Source: a virus (lineage: Duplodnaviria; Caudoviricetes). Taken from it: a DNA stretch of 64,000 nucleotides. Positions 16,700-27,228 of this stretch are shown piece by piece. Location of the stretch: positions 35,900-99,899 of IMG/VR virus record IMGVR_UViG_3300020049_007105. One strand, 5' to 3'. The first letter of the stretch is position 1, and the number at the start of each line of letters is the position of its first letter. The translations under genes and the position numbers were made by a program. The notes under the pieces were generated by a model. That model was not told where the DNA came from, searched no databases, and worked only from the letters and a program-made list of their open reading frames with translations.

Positions 16700-19600
16700 A
16701 TGGCTGGTTCAGACTATCTTCTAAATTTCAGAAGTAACGTATCCCCTGTCCTTTCTGATCTTCGGAAGGTTGAAGTAGCTGCCCTTAAGGCACAGAATGT
16801 TGCCCGTGGCGCTACGAAGTCTACACCTCTCACTCCGGCTCAGCAGGCTGGTGGTGTTCTTGGTGTTGGTGTTAATCCCCAGGACACCAAGAAGTCTCTT
16901 GCTGCCACTAAGCGAGCTATTGGCGAGCAGGTTGCTGCTGCTAGAGCCCTCCAGGTGGCTCAGGGTGAAACTCTAGGGAAGCTGTCTAAGGGAAAGCCTG
17001 TTTTTGCTGGGTCTAAGAAGACTCTTGGTGAAGAATTCAATCTCAAGTCAGTGGCAGCTAGGTTTAAGGTTGATGCTGGTGAACTAGAGCGCTCTATTCT
17101 TGCCAGCTCTGCCAGGATTAGCTCAGCTTACAACAAGATGCTGTCTGGGCTCAAGCCGGGACTCGACCCCCAGGCTGCGGTAAGGGAGCGGTACCGAAAG
17201 AGGCTTGAGACAGCTAAGCCTGTTCAAGATTTGGTGCCTCAGGGTCCCAGAACTTTTACCGCCCCGACGCCGGTTTCCCCCAGGTCTACTTTTACAAGCA
17301 CAGGTCGAGCACTAGAGAATCTAAATAAGTTCTCTGGACAACCTTTAGGACTGGGTGGACCAGGAGCTAAGGCTACGGCAGCTAAGCAGAAGGAGCTTGC
17401 TGCTGCTATTGCTAGGACTACTCGTGCAACCGAGGCTGCTTCTGTTCGTATCGCTGGCCTTCTAAGTAAGGGTGAGGCCGCTGCGCTGAGTGCTAAACTC
17501 CGCAAGGTTGGTGACGGTGCGTTGGCTGGAAATATTCCTGGTCAGCTCACTGGCGTTTCACCCCAAGATCGGGTTAACGCTAAGGTTGACCGGGATTTCG
17601 GTAGCCAGCTTCGCAGCATTAATAAGAATGCTACCGCTAAGTTCGGGGCTGATGTAGCTCCTCAGAAGATTGCTGCGGAACTTCAGCGGGTTGCAGCCCT
17701 TCCTAGCGATCTTGTCGCTGATGAGATCGCTCGTTTGGACTCCGCTCTCAAGGGTGGTAGGGGTAAAACTGTTGATGCTGGTACCGCCTATGGCTCTCCA
17801 TTGCTTGCCGATGCTAGCGCTGTTGACCACAAGCGTGTCTATCAGGAGCACAAAGAGGCATATGGGGCAGTAAACAAGAGGCTTAAAGAGACGACCAAGC
17901 CCATGGAGGGCTTTAGACGTGAGGCTTCACAGCTTAATGGCGTGTTTGCTCAGAGTCGTTCCAGGATTCGTAATGGCTTTGCTGGCTTTGTAGACACTTT
18001 GGCGGGTCAGTCTAAGGTTATCGGTTCAAGCATTGGCCTAGGCGAGGGTGCTCAAGAAAAGAAGGCCCTGAATCGACAGGGTGCTGGTGGACTCAAGGGC
18101 ATGATGGGGGCAGGCATTCAGTCTGCTCTCCAGTACACTCTTCCTTCCCTCGCCCTCTTCGGTGCAGGCAGGTTCCTCAGCAACTCCTTCAAGGAGGCCG
18201 AGGAATACATGAAGGCCATGAAGCTGGTTGAGGGCCAGATTGAAAGTTTGATGGCCGCTCAGTACTCAGGCGCTGAGGCAACTCAGAAAGCCCGTGAGGG
18301 CACCGAGAAGATGTCTAAGTCGATTCGCGAGACTGCGGCCGCTTACGGTATTGAGGCTGACATTCAGGCCAAGGTGGAGTCTCGTTACGTTGGCGCCTTC
18401 CAAGACAAGTCCATCGGTGGTTTGAGTGGCCTAAGTCTTGCAAGTGAACAAGGCAAGGGCTCCGCTAAGATGGCAGCAGTCCTTGGTATTAGCCCCGATG
18501 AGTTGACTGATGGTGTTGTTGCCATTTCTCGTGCTTACGGTATCCTGTCGGAAGATATTGGTGACACTGCATTGGAAATGCAGGAGTCTCTTGGTATTGA
18601 TGCTGGTGACACCGTGGCAGTTCTTGGTGATGTGTCCGCTGTTGCCAAGGAGGCTGGTATCGGCTTCGAGGAACTGTCAGGCATTATTGGTGTTACGCTC
18701 AAGAACTCGGGACGTCCAGCAGCGGAAATTGCTGAAGCCTATACCCGTGTCCTTCCATTCATCTCTCAGCAGAAGACCGAACTCCTTGAGATGTCTTCTG
18801 CTGTTAAGGGACTGAATACTGACACCTTCAAGATGGCTGTAGCCAATGGAGATAACCTGACTGTTCTCCAGCAGCTTGGTAAAGCCTACCAGTTGGCTAA
18901 CAAGGAGGGCCGTAAGCAGGACGCCCTTTCTATCGGTAGCATTGTTGGTGATGAGCGACAAGCCAAGGCTGTCTTTCCCTACCTGGCTGACATTAAGGGG
19001 GCAGACACTCTTACTGAACGGTTGAAGTCGGGTAGTCAAGATGGGGCACTTGAGGCCCGCTATCAAGAAATTTCTAAACTGATCACCCAGTCGATGAAGG
19101 AAACCTCAGAGTCTTTCAAGCAGCTCTCCAAGGTGTTTCTTGAGTCAGGCATTTCGGATGCCCTAGTTGCGATCATTAGGGGTTTCGGTACTCTCGCCGA
19201 AATGCTCACTACCGTTGCCCAGAAGTTCTCGGGCGTTTTCTCAATCATGGTCAAGGCTGGCATTGCAGCAACTGCCCTTGCAGCCGCAACTTCGCTTGTA
19301 GCACAGGCACAGCTCTGGGCCACCAAGTCTACTGTCGTGAAGGGTGGCGCTGACCTTCTTTCTCGTTCGGGTAGCAGTATGCTTGCGGGTTTTGGTGCCT
19401 CTTTGAAGAGTGCTGGCCCTGCTGGTGCTGCAACAGCGAGTAAACTAAGCCTAGACCTGGCATCCGGTGCCAGTGGCGCAGCACTGCCAGCAGCCGCCAA
19501 GGCTTCTGCTCAGAAGGCTGGCGGTAAGATTGCTGCGGATGTCTCTGGAGCCGTCATACTGGGTGCTGCCCCCGCTGCTGGCGCCAGTGCGGCAACTACT

Positions 19601-22600
19601 GGCGCTAGCAGCGCCCTGGGAGCCGCTGTAGCGTCCAGGCAGGGCGGGGGTGGCCTCTTCGCTGCCTCCCGTGCTGCTGCCTCTAAGGGCTCTGTGAACC
19701 TCGCCAAGAGCTTTGTGGCACCCTTCACTGCGGGTATGGCGGGCGGCTTTAAGGCTGGCTTGAGTGCTCTCGTGGCGAGCCCTGCTGCCCCTGTGGCTAT
19801 TGCTGCACTTGGTATTGGTTATGCAGCTAACAAGAAAGCTAAGTCGCTTGCCGAAGAGTCAATTAAGAGGCAGAATAAGACTTCTAATAAGATCAATGAT
19901 GCCAAGACTGCTGCTGAAGCTGCACAGGGGACGGCTGCGGAGAGGGCTAGGCTGGAAGAGAGCTTCGAAAATGACATCCTGGATAGAGTTGGCCTGAACG
20001 ATACCGGCTGGATGGGTGAGGTCAACAGGATGAACCCTGTGGCGTTTGGTAGGGCTGGTATCGAGGCTGGTTGGGATTATGCTACCGGAAAGAAGGGGAA
20101 TAAGGACAGGGAGAGGGACCAGTACTTCTCTGACCTAGAGAATAAACTCGCTGGCGAAAACGAAACCTTTGAGCAGTTAGATGCCCTATTTAACAGTGAA
20201 AAGACCGAAGATTTCGCTAAAGAGATCAATGAAGTCTTTAACAGGTATGAGGGTAGGGTTAAGGACGGAAAAGTCAACACTGCCGTTCCTGAAAAGTTTG
20301 CTATTGAGCAAGCGTTGTTTGCTCAATTGTATAATGACCAGGCTGCTATTCAGGCTGGTATCATAGACAAGGTCACGGGCAAGGTCACTCTGACCCAAGA
20401 GAACCTTGAGGGCTTGGCGGCAGCGACTCAGAGTGATGACCAGCAGGAGTCTACTGCTGCACTGGCAACACTCAATCTCTTGCTGGGTTCTACTGGCAAG
20501 GCAGCCTTCAAGAATGCTGGCGATGTAGCTTCAGGTGTAGACAAGGACTTTCTTGAGGCTCTGGCTGAGGCGACGGGCAAAACTGATGAACAGAACAAGG
20601 AGATCGAGAAGATCGCCTATTCTGTTGAGGAGACTAAGGCCCTTCTCGATCAAGGTAAAATTTCAACTGCTACCTATTTAAATAAGCTTGCTGAGGCTCG
20701 TGAGGGTCTGGAGCTTCTTGTAAAAGAAGACCCAAACAACAAGCAGCTTCAGGCGGATTTGAACAAGGCTGCCACTGCTGAGAATGAAGCTAAATTGAAG
20801 AGGGCAACCGACCTCTTAGACTCTAGGATTGCGAACCTAGACACAGTTTTCGGTACTGAGGATTCTGCCGAGAAGGATTTCGCCGGTATTTCTACTGTCA
20901 GAAGGACTTTGAAAGAAAATCCAGAAATTGAAAAGAGTCCTGAAAAGTTCACTGAGCTTGCCAAGCAGCTCAATGACTACCAAAGGTCGATCGCTCAACG
21001 TATGGTTGATAATGCCGTGGACGATGGCGACCTCAAGAAAGCTAAGGAGATTGCTGAGAAAGGCTATGAGGTTCCAAAAGAGTACCAAGAGGCAATGCTT
21101 GGTGTTGAATTTCAGAATAGTGACAACAGTAAGCTGACTTCGCTGATTGATTCTATTTCGTCTCAGACAGAGAAGAATGGGGCCATGTTCCTTGCTGGGC
21201 TTACCTTAATGAGTAACGCTCGTGCCATAGAGGCTGCCAAGGCAATGAAGAACCTCCTTGAGGCTCAGTTCATTACCAGGAATAGTGACGTACTCCTGGA
21301 AGACATGAATAAGGCTATGTCTGGAGAGGAACCCTTCTTTGCCGAGCCCGACAAGAAGAAGCCCGCTTATCAGGTTGAGTACGAGAAGGCCCAAAAGGGT
21401 TTAGATGAATTCATTAAGTCCAAGCGTGAAGGAAGTCTAGAGAAAGATTACGGGGTTACTACGCCCAAAAAGGGCGCCAAGGGCAAGGTTAAGGGGCCAA
21501 CCGACAAAGAGATTGCCGAAGACGAGAAGAAGAAGGCCGAAGAGGCAGAGAAAAAGGCCGAGGAAGCGAAGCAAAAAGCCGAAGAAGCTCGTCAGAAGGC
21601 TAAAGAGGACGCTCAATCCCGTGTTCAGAATGCCATTGACAGAGCCAAGTCTGTTTCCCGTAAGAATCCGCTGGCTTTGGCGCAATTGGATGTCCAGCAG
21701 GCCACTCAGCTTCTGGCTATCGCTAAGAGCTACGGTGACGCTTCAGAGATTGAAGCCGCCATTACTGCTTCGCTCCAGGCGCAACACGCTCGGGAAGATG
21801 CGCTAACAGCCATCGCTGAGTCCCAGCGAGATATGTCTTTTGAACTCCAGAAGCTACAGTTCCGTAAGGATGTTGTAAAGACAGCTCAAATTGACTCGCA
21901 GTCTGCTTTGGCTAGAGCTGAGGCTGCTGCAAAGACAGGTAATGTCATTGAGTACAATACCGCTATCGTTGCCTTAAGGCAGGCCGAGGCGGTTCTGAAT
22001 GATGCTATGAGTGAGCGAGCGCTGGCTGTCTACAATACGACGGTTGACTTGTGGAAGCTTGCACGGAGAGAAGACCCTGTTGCTCAAGCCTCTGGTGAGG
22101 TTTCAAAGGCACTGGCAGCCCTGAATTTTGCTCAAGCTTCTGGGAATCCAGATGAGGTTCGTGACGCTGGTCTGGCTGTGTATCAGGCTAAGGCTGAGAT
22201 GGCTGATGCTGTGAGAGACGCTGGTAGGCAGCGCATCGAGGACTACTACTCTCTTCTGGAACTCCAAGCTCAGGGCGACCCTGTGGCGGTTGCGAATATC
22301 CAGATTCATAAGGCATTCCAGCAGTTGGCAATGTCTTCCCAGGCCACCATGGCTGCCGATCAACAGGCCATGATTTCTGCTCAGCAGGCCATGAAGGATG
22401 CCAATGTAGACATCATGCGTAGCACTATTGAGTTCCAGAAGGCCGCTGCTGATCCTGAGGATGCTGTGGCTCAGGCTGAACTTGACGTGAAGATGGCTGA
22501 ACTTGAGGTCGCTGTCGCTTCAGGTCAGGCAGCTAAGACTCGTGCTAGGGCAAGGTTGATTGAAGCTCAGAGGTCCCTCCAGGAGGCTAAGAAGTCTCTG

Positions 22601-23395
22601 AATCAGGGGGAATTCGAAGCCTATATCAATCTCTTTAAAGCCTTCTATGACATGAATGACATCGCTATCGCTCAGATGGATGTAGCGCTGGCTGACAACA
22701 AGATGAAGGAAGCTAAGACTAAGGCCGAAAGGATTAACGCTCAGGCTGATAAGATTAGGGCTCAGCAAGGTCAGGCCAACGCCCTGAGGGAAATTCAAGA
22801 GGCTAATGACAATCTGGCTCAGGCCATGCTTGAGTTTGTTGGCGACTCTGTTGCGGCTTCTGATTATGCCGTAGTGGCTGCTCGCAGAAACTTGGATGAC
22901 ATTCTAGCCAAGTATCGTTCAGGTAAGGCTGATGGCGGTGATGTGGCCGGTGCCAGGGCTGAGTTGACGAATGCTCTCGGTCGCCAGCGTGATTCCATTC
23001 TGAATGACAAGAAGGATCAGTACAGTTTCCTGTACGACATGGAGAAGATTTCCAAGTCTCAGTATGTGGCGTATCTTGAACAGCTCCGCCAGATGCCTGA
23101 TCTCACCCAGGACCAGCTTCGTGACATTGAGCGCCAGATCAAGGGGCTCAAGGATGACTTGGGTGCCGACCTCCAGTTCAACCTTCCGAGCATTTTGTCC
23201 ATGCCTGGCTTCTACGAGGCTCGTAGGCTTGACCAGACTGCCCAGACCCCTGGTTACAGCATTGGTTATCAGGACAACCGTGACGTTCAGATCACGTTGA
23301 ATATCTCCAACGGTATGACTCAGCAAGAGGCTACTGACATGCTGGGTGCCGCACTTAACGATAATAGAACTGGTAACAGAATCGGGAGGTACTGA
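16700..23395 (+). CDS. Tape measure protein
   Basis: 2231 aa, Ala-rich helical, with hydrophobic segments; canonical position. Confidence 0.92.
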   Translation: MAGSDYLLNFRSNVSPVLSDLRKVEVAALKAQNVARGATKSTPLTPAQQAGGVLGVGVNPQDTKKSLAATKRAIGEQVAAARALQVAQGETLGKLSKGKPVFAGSKKTLGEEFNLKSVAARFKVDAGELERSILASSARISSAYNKMLSGLKPGLDPQAAVRERYRKRLETAKPVQDLVPQGPRTFTAPTPVSPRSTFTSTGRALENLNKFSGQPLGLGGPGAKATAAKQKELAAAIARTTRATEAASVRIAGLLSKGEAAALSAKLRKVGDGALAGNIPGQLTGVSPQDRVNAKVDRDFGSQLRSINKNATAKFGADVAPQKIAAELQRVAALPSDLVADEIARLDSALKGGRGKTVDAGTAYGSPLLADASAVDHKRVYQEHKEAYGAVNKRLKETTKPMEGFRREASQLNGVFAQSRSRIRNGFAGFVDTLAGQSKVIGSSIGLGEGAQEKKALNRQGAGGLKGMMGAGIQSALQYTLPSLALFGAGRFLSNSFKEAEEYMKAMKLVEGQIESLMAAQYSGAEATQKAREGTEKMSKSIRETAAAYGIEADIQAKVESRYVGAFQDKSIGGLSGLSLASEQGKGSAKMAAVLGISPDELTDGVVAISRAYGILSEDIGDTALEMQESLGIDAGDTVAVLGDVSAVAKEAGIGFEELSGIIGVTLKNSGRPAAEIAEAYTRVLPFISQQKTELLEMSSAVKGLNTDTFKMAVANGDNLTVLQQLGKAYQLANKEGRKQDALSIGSIVGDERQAKAVFPYLADIKGADTLTERLKSGSQDGALEARYQEISKLITQSMKETSESFKQLSKVFLESGISDALVAIIRGFGTLAEMLTTVAQKFSGVFSIMVKAGIAATALAAATSLVAQAQLWATKSTVVKGGADLLSRSGSSMLAGFGASLKSAGPAGAATASKLSLDLASGASGAALPAAAKASAQKAGGKIAADVSGAVILGAAPAAGASAATTGASSALGAAVASRQGGGGLFAASRAAASKGSVNLAKSFVAPFTAGMAGGFKAGLSALVASPAAPVAIAALGIGYAANKKAKSLAEESIKRQNKTSNKINDAKTAAEAAQGTAAERARLEESFENDILDRVGLNDTGWMGEVNRMNPVAFGRAGIEAGWDYATGKKGNKDRERDQYFSDLENKLAGENETFEQLDALFNSEKTEDFAKEINEVFNRYEGRVKDGKVNTAVPEKFAIEQALFAQLYNDQAAIQAGIIDKVTGKVTLTQENLEGLAAATQSDDQQESTAALATLNLLLGSTGKAAFKNAGDVASGVDKDFLEALAEATGKTDEQNKEIEKIAYSVEETKALLDQGKISTATYLNKLAEAREGLELLVKEDPNNKQLQADLNKAATAENEAKLKRATDLLDSRIANLDTVFGTEDSAEKDFAGISTVRRTLKENPEIEKSPEKFTELAKQLNDYQRSIAQRMVDNAVDDGDLKKAKEIAEKGYEVPKEYQEAMLGVEFQNSDNSKLTSLIDSISSQTEKNGAMFLAGLTLMSNARAIEAAKAMKNLLEAQFITRNSDVLLEDMNKAMSGEEPFFAEPDKKKPAYQVEYEKAQKGLDEFIKSKREGSLEKDYGVTTPKKGAKGKVKGPTDKEIAEDEKKKAEEAEKKAEEAKQKAEEARQKAKEDAQSRVQNAIDRAKSVSRKNPLALAQLDVQQATQLLAIAKSYGDASEIEAAITASLQAQHAREDALTAIAESQRDMSFELQKLQFRKDVVKTAQIDSQSALARAEAAAKTGNVIEYNTAIVALRQAEAVLNDAMSERALAVYNTTVDLWKLARREDPVAQASGEVSKALAALNFAQASGNPDEVRDAGLAVYQAKAEMADAVRDAGRQRIEDYYSLLELQAQGDPVAVANIQIHKAFQQLAMSSQATMAADQQAMISAQQAMKDANVDIMRSTIEFQKAAADPEDAVAQAELDVKMAELEVAVASGQAAKTRARARLIEAQRSLQEAKKSLNQGEFEAYINLFKAFYDMNDIAIAQMDVALADNKMKEAKTKAERINAQADKIRAQQGQANALREIQEANDNLAQAMLEFVGDSVAASDYAVVAARRNLDDILAKYRSGKADGGDVAGARAELTNALGRQRDSILNDKKDQYSFLYDMEKISKSQYVAYLEQLRQMPDLTQDQLRDIERQIKGLKDDLGADLQFNLPSILSMPGFYEARRLDQTAQTPGYSIGYQDNRDVQITLNISNGMTQQEATDMLGAALNDNRTGNRIGRY

Positions 23396-23396
23396 T

Positions 23397-23780
23397 ATGG
23401 CTAGAGTAGCCTTTAAGCTCTATGACCCAGATAACGCCTACACTTACAACATGGAGATCAACCCGAATGACTCGGGTACTCCAACCATGAGAAATACCTA
23501 CAACTACCAGACCCCTACGGCTGGCACTAACGGTCCTATTATTTCTCAGGGTGTAAGGGAGCTTAGGAAGCTGGATTACAGTGGGACTTTGCTCACTGAG
23601 AATCAGTACAACCAGATGTTACTGTTCTCTGCCCGTGAATATCCTTGGCATATCACTGACGATTTGGGTCGCAAGTTTGCCGTTATGTGTGAATCATTCG
23701 AGCCAAAGAGGATTCCTAGTATCTCACACCCGTGGCGTCATGATTACACTTGGAACCTTATCGTCATTAAGGCGTTCTAA
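23397..23780 (+). CDS. Distal tail protein-like minor tail protein
   Basis: RBS GGGAGG before ATG 23397; immediately after the tape measure. Confidence 0.6.
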   Translation: MARVAFKLYDPDNAYTYNMEINPNDSGTPTMRNTYNYQTPTAGTNGPIISQGVRELRKLDYSGTLLTENQYNQMLLFSAREYPWHITDDLGRKFAVMCESFEPKRIPSISHPWRHDYTWNLIVIKAF

Positions 23781-26773
23781 TGCGTAGCAATTACAAGGCC
23801 AATGAGGCTCAGGGTAGGCAGGCTCTTACTGGTGACTGGGCACCCAACACTCGTGTCACGGTCCAGAAGGATTGGAAGCTTCACCCCACCGGTAAGAATT
23901 TTGGTTCCTCTAATATGGGGCCGTACAGGTGGTTTCAGAAAAAGGATAACTCTCAGAGCGAGCTTGATGTTCCCAACATTGCTTCGGTTAGCATTGATAG
24001 AAGTATTGAGGACTTCGCCGGTCAGTGCAACATTGAGATGTATAACAACAACATGCACTGGGGTGACTACCAGTACCTGCCGTTCCAGGTAGGTGAGCCG
24101 GGTTATTACACTTATGACCACGGTAACTCTGCTCACGGTGAGAATCAGTGGGAGCACGTCAGGAACGCTTGGTTTGATGTTCTGACGCCCAATGCTTTGC
24201 TGAGAACTTACCAGGGCTATGGCGGCTTGGAGAAGTCTACGGCTCAAGCTGTGACGGACGGTGATCTTCAGATCACTGGAGTGTGGTTGATTGATTCTGT
24301 GAGTATCACCGCTCAGGGCATGATTTCTATTAAGTGTCGTGATATCGGGAAGCTGCTAATTGAACAGAAGTGTTTGCCCCCGCTGGTGTCGGCCAGCAAT
24401 TACCCTTTGAAATTCTACAGGTATAAGTATGATGCTGTGGACACAAGTTTCAGAAACACTGGACCCGAACTTTATGCTATCAACAGCCAAGAGAAGTTGC
24501 AGTTCAGGGACTCGACCTCATACAGGTGGGGGATGACCCCAAATACTAGCAGTTCGGGGTCTCGGATCGAAGGCCACTGGGACTCCCATTCCATTGATGG
24601 AAGCGTGGAGAGGTTTGCTATGTCCAGGGGTGTGGACAACCCCAACTCTTCTTGGGCCTATGATTTTTGGGAGTACACTGCCCTTGGTGTTCCCGACATC
24701 AACCAGGTGTACGTTGACCTCTGGGGAGGGGGTTATGAGGTTTACATTTCAATCTATGAGGGCTCGGGTTGGGCTGGAAACTACAGCAAGAAGATTCCTT
24801 ACAGCAACGCCGGGAACCCGGAGTCCGGTTCCGTCAACACTGGCGCTGACATCCCTTATGTGAAGAAGGTGGCCCTCAACTGGGAGGGTGGTGAATGGAT
24901 TACTCTTCCTCGTTACTATAAGGCTCATAGGGTGCGTGTCACTCTGGGTAAGCCGAAGAAGGATAATGCCCTCAGTGTCCGCAAGTATCGCTCGGGGCTT
25001 CGTCAGGTCAAGGCCAGGGCTAGCAGGCTGGCCATGGAGCCGAACCCCATCCCGTGGCAGGTGGACTTGGCTTACAATCCCGTTCAGTCAGGTTTTTGGG
25101 CCTTGAATCACCGTGGTGGGGTTGTGGCTTTGGGTCACGCTAGAACATACTCTGCAAGCACCAAGGCTATGAACTTGGGTCACCGTGCTGTTGCCATCTG
25201 TTCAACCAGCACAGGTAAGGGCTACTGGGTTCTGTATGGTAACGGCCAGATCAGTTCTCACGGTGACGCTGTTCACCATGGGAACGCTTGGTCTGATGAT
25301 GACGGCGGGTATATGGACTTCGCAAGAACCCCTGACAATGGGGGGCTGTGGGTGCTTCACGGTTCGGGCACTGTCCATGAGCTGGGTAACGCTCCTGACC
25401 TTGGTGATATCTCCTCTAGCCAGCCTTCGGGCAGGAAGGGCACTGCCATCACCGGACACCCCTCTGTGGTCGGTTTCTGGGCCTGTGACGGGGCGGGATA
25501 CGTTACCGCTAGGGGTAGCGGCGTACCGAATTACGGAGGCTTAGACGGCAGCCTAGTGCCCTTAGAATGGGTTGTGGACATTGAGTCGAACCCTGACGGT
25601 ACCGAATACCTTCTCACGGGTGGAGTCGGGTCGAGGGCGTTCAATGCTGGCGGCTCAACCTATTTCCCTAACAATGCCGCCATGTTCACTAACTTCACTC
25701 AGGACCAGAACGGTTTCAAGTCTTTGACCTGGGGGGCGGCATATGATGTTGAGCAGCCCGGTGGTTTTTGGGTGATCCATGCTGATGGAGAGATGGACGC
25801 TTTTAACGGGGCGTCTTGGTATGGCACTCCAGGTGGCGAGGGTATCCGTAGGAGCGATGGAAACTACAGGGACTATTCTGATATCGTTAGATATTTAGTG
25901 GCTATTTCTGGTTTTACCCTTTATGAACCCAGCTACCCTTCCAATAAAAAGGTTCCTATTTTCGGTAATATTGAAAACACGGGCGCTCATGGTGGTGGGG
26001 CTGACCTCGGGGAAGAGTTTTTCGATAAGAAGTCAATTATTGACATCATTAACGAGATCAAAGAGATCGTTGGTTTTGTTACCTACATTGATGAGGCCGG
26101 TGGTTTTCACTTTGAGTCACCCAACTGGTGGGAGTCGGGGAACTTCTCTGAGTCGGGGGCGGCCAATGAGTACATCCCTGTAATTCATGAGAGCACGAAC
26201 CTCCTGGACAGGGAGATCACTTTCGATTCCCAGCACCTACGCTCAGAGATCATCATTGGTACGGAGTTTCCCTATAAGGACAATACTTCGACTATCACTA
26301 CTCGGGTTGTACCTCCGGGCTCAGAGTACCTAAGGGGGATGGTTAACCCAGCTATTTGGACTAACGGTCTGTTCATCAACGAGCGTGAGCAGCGCATCAT
26401 GGCCGAACTGATTGCTCTCCATATCTGGTTTCAGCAAAAGGTTGGCACAGTTAGATTCCCAGCTAATCCCAATATTGGGATCAACGACCAGATCAGGTGT
26501 TTCGAGAAGTACACTGCCGACACTTACATTCATTATGTTCGAGGGTATTCATCAAAACACGATTTAGGTAGTGGAGAGTTTGTTTATGATGTAGAGACCA
26601 ACTGGCTCGGCAATGCTGAGAACTGGGTTGTTACATCTGGTAATATTTATAGTGGGAACCGTTTTCCTTTAAGTCAGTTAACACAAGATTATATTGGAAG
26701 TTTAACGAAACGTCCACGGACACCCACTTATCGTCCAAGTGGACGCAGCCAAATTATCACACCAGGAAGGTAA
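23780..26773 (+). CDS. Tail hub/Tal-like protein with inserted beta-propeller repeats
   Basis: 997 aa; repeated G(Y/F/L)W..(G).V...G.A...G units flanked by hub-like termini. Confidence 0.7.
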   Translation: MRSNYKANEAQGRQALTGDWAPNTRVTVQKDWKLHPTGKNFGSSNMGPYRWFQKKDNSQSELDVPNIASVSIDRSIEDFAGQCNIEMYNNNMHWGDYQYLPFQVGEPGYYTYDHGNSAHGENQWEHVRNAWFDVLTPNALLRTYQGYGGLEKSTAQAVTDGDLQITGVWLIDSVSITAQGMISIKCRDIGKLLIEQKCLPPLVSASNYPLKFYRYKYDAVDTSFRNTGPELYAINSQEKLQFRDSTSYRWGMTPNTSSSGSRIEGHWDSHSIDGSVERFAMSRGVDNPNSSWAYDFWEYTALGVPDINQVYVDLWGGGYEVYISIYEGSGWAGNYSKKIPYSNAGNPESGSVNTGADIPYVKKVALNWEGGEWITLPRYYKAHRVRVTLGKPKKDNALSVRKYRSGLRQVKARASRLAMEPNPIPWQVDLAYNPVQSGFWALNHRGGVVALGHARTYSASTKAMNLGHRAVAICSTSTGKGYWVLYGNGQISSHGDAVHHGNAWSDDDGGYMDFARTPDNGGLWVLHGSGTVHELGNAPDLGDISSSQPSGRKGTAITGHPSVVGFWACDGAGYVTARGSGVPNYGGLDGSLVPLEWVVDIESNPDGTEYLLTGGVGSRAFNAGGSTYFPNNAAMFTNFTQDQNGFKSLTWGAAYDVEQPGGFWVIHADGEMDAFNGASWYGTPGGEGIRRSDGNYRDYSDIVRYLVAISGFTLYEPSYPSNKKVPIFGNIENTGAHGGGADLGEEFFDKKSIIDIINEIKEIVGFVTYIDEAGGFHFESPNWWESGNFSESGAANEYIPVIHESTNLLDREITFDSQHLRSEIIIGTEFPYKDNTSTITTRVVPPGSEYLRGMVNPAIWTNGLFINEREQRIMAELIALHIWFQQKVGTVRFPANPNIGINDQIRCFEKYTADTYIHYVRGYSSKHDLGSGEFVYDVETNWLGNAENWVVTSGNIYSGNRFPLSQLTQDYIGSLTKRPRTPTYRPSGRSQIITPGR

Positions 26774-26775
26774 AT

Positions 26776-27228
26776 ATGGTTGACGCAGTTAAGATGGGGA
26801 ATCAGATTCGTAGGGATCGTCGCCGTCAGGATCAGTCTGCTTCGGATCAGGCCAGTGTTGTTGTTGATAACTATACTGTCTATGGTTCTTTTGTTGTTCA
26901 GGGTCATGGGGAAGCTGTGGTTGATATCACTTTCCCTAACCTGTTTATTAAAAAGCCCATGTTTTTTTCTGGGGCTGAGATTAGCCCTGAAACCAACCTG
27001 ACTGATGGGAACTTTCCTGAGTTCAGTGTGGCATTGTTTTCTTGGAAGATTGACGAGAGGAGTTCCAGCCAGAGGTATTGGACTGGGGCGAGGGTTGCAG
27101 CGAGACTTCTGTTTGATGATCCAAGTTCTGTAACGCACGCTAAGTTTGAGATTAATTGGCAGGTCGTTGGGAAGGCTTTAGCTAACCCTGTGTCTGGCTT
27201 AAGTATGGGAACTGGAGCTATTATCTAA
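26776..27228 (+). CDS. Minor tail protein (H-type lectin-like, tentative)
   Basis: VDITFPNLFIKKP and INWQVVG patterns. Confidence 0.45.
   Translation: MVDAVKMGNQIRRDRRRQDQSASDQASVVVDNYTVYGSFVVQGHGEAVVDITFPNLFIKKPMFFSGAEISPETNLTDGNFPEFSVALFSWKIDERSSSQRYWTGARVAARLLFDDPSSVTHAKFEINWQVVGKALANPVSGLSMGTGAII

Noticed and set aside
21520-21610. A/G-rich quasi-repeat in the tape measure gene
   Set aside because: Explained by a KKAEEA-type charged helix.
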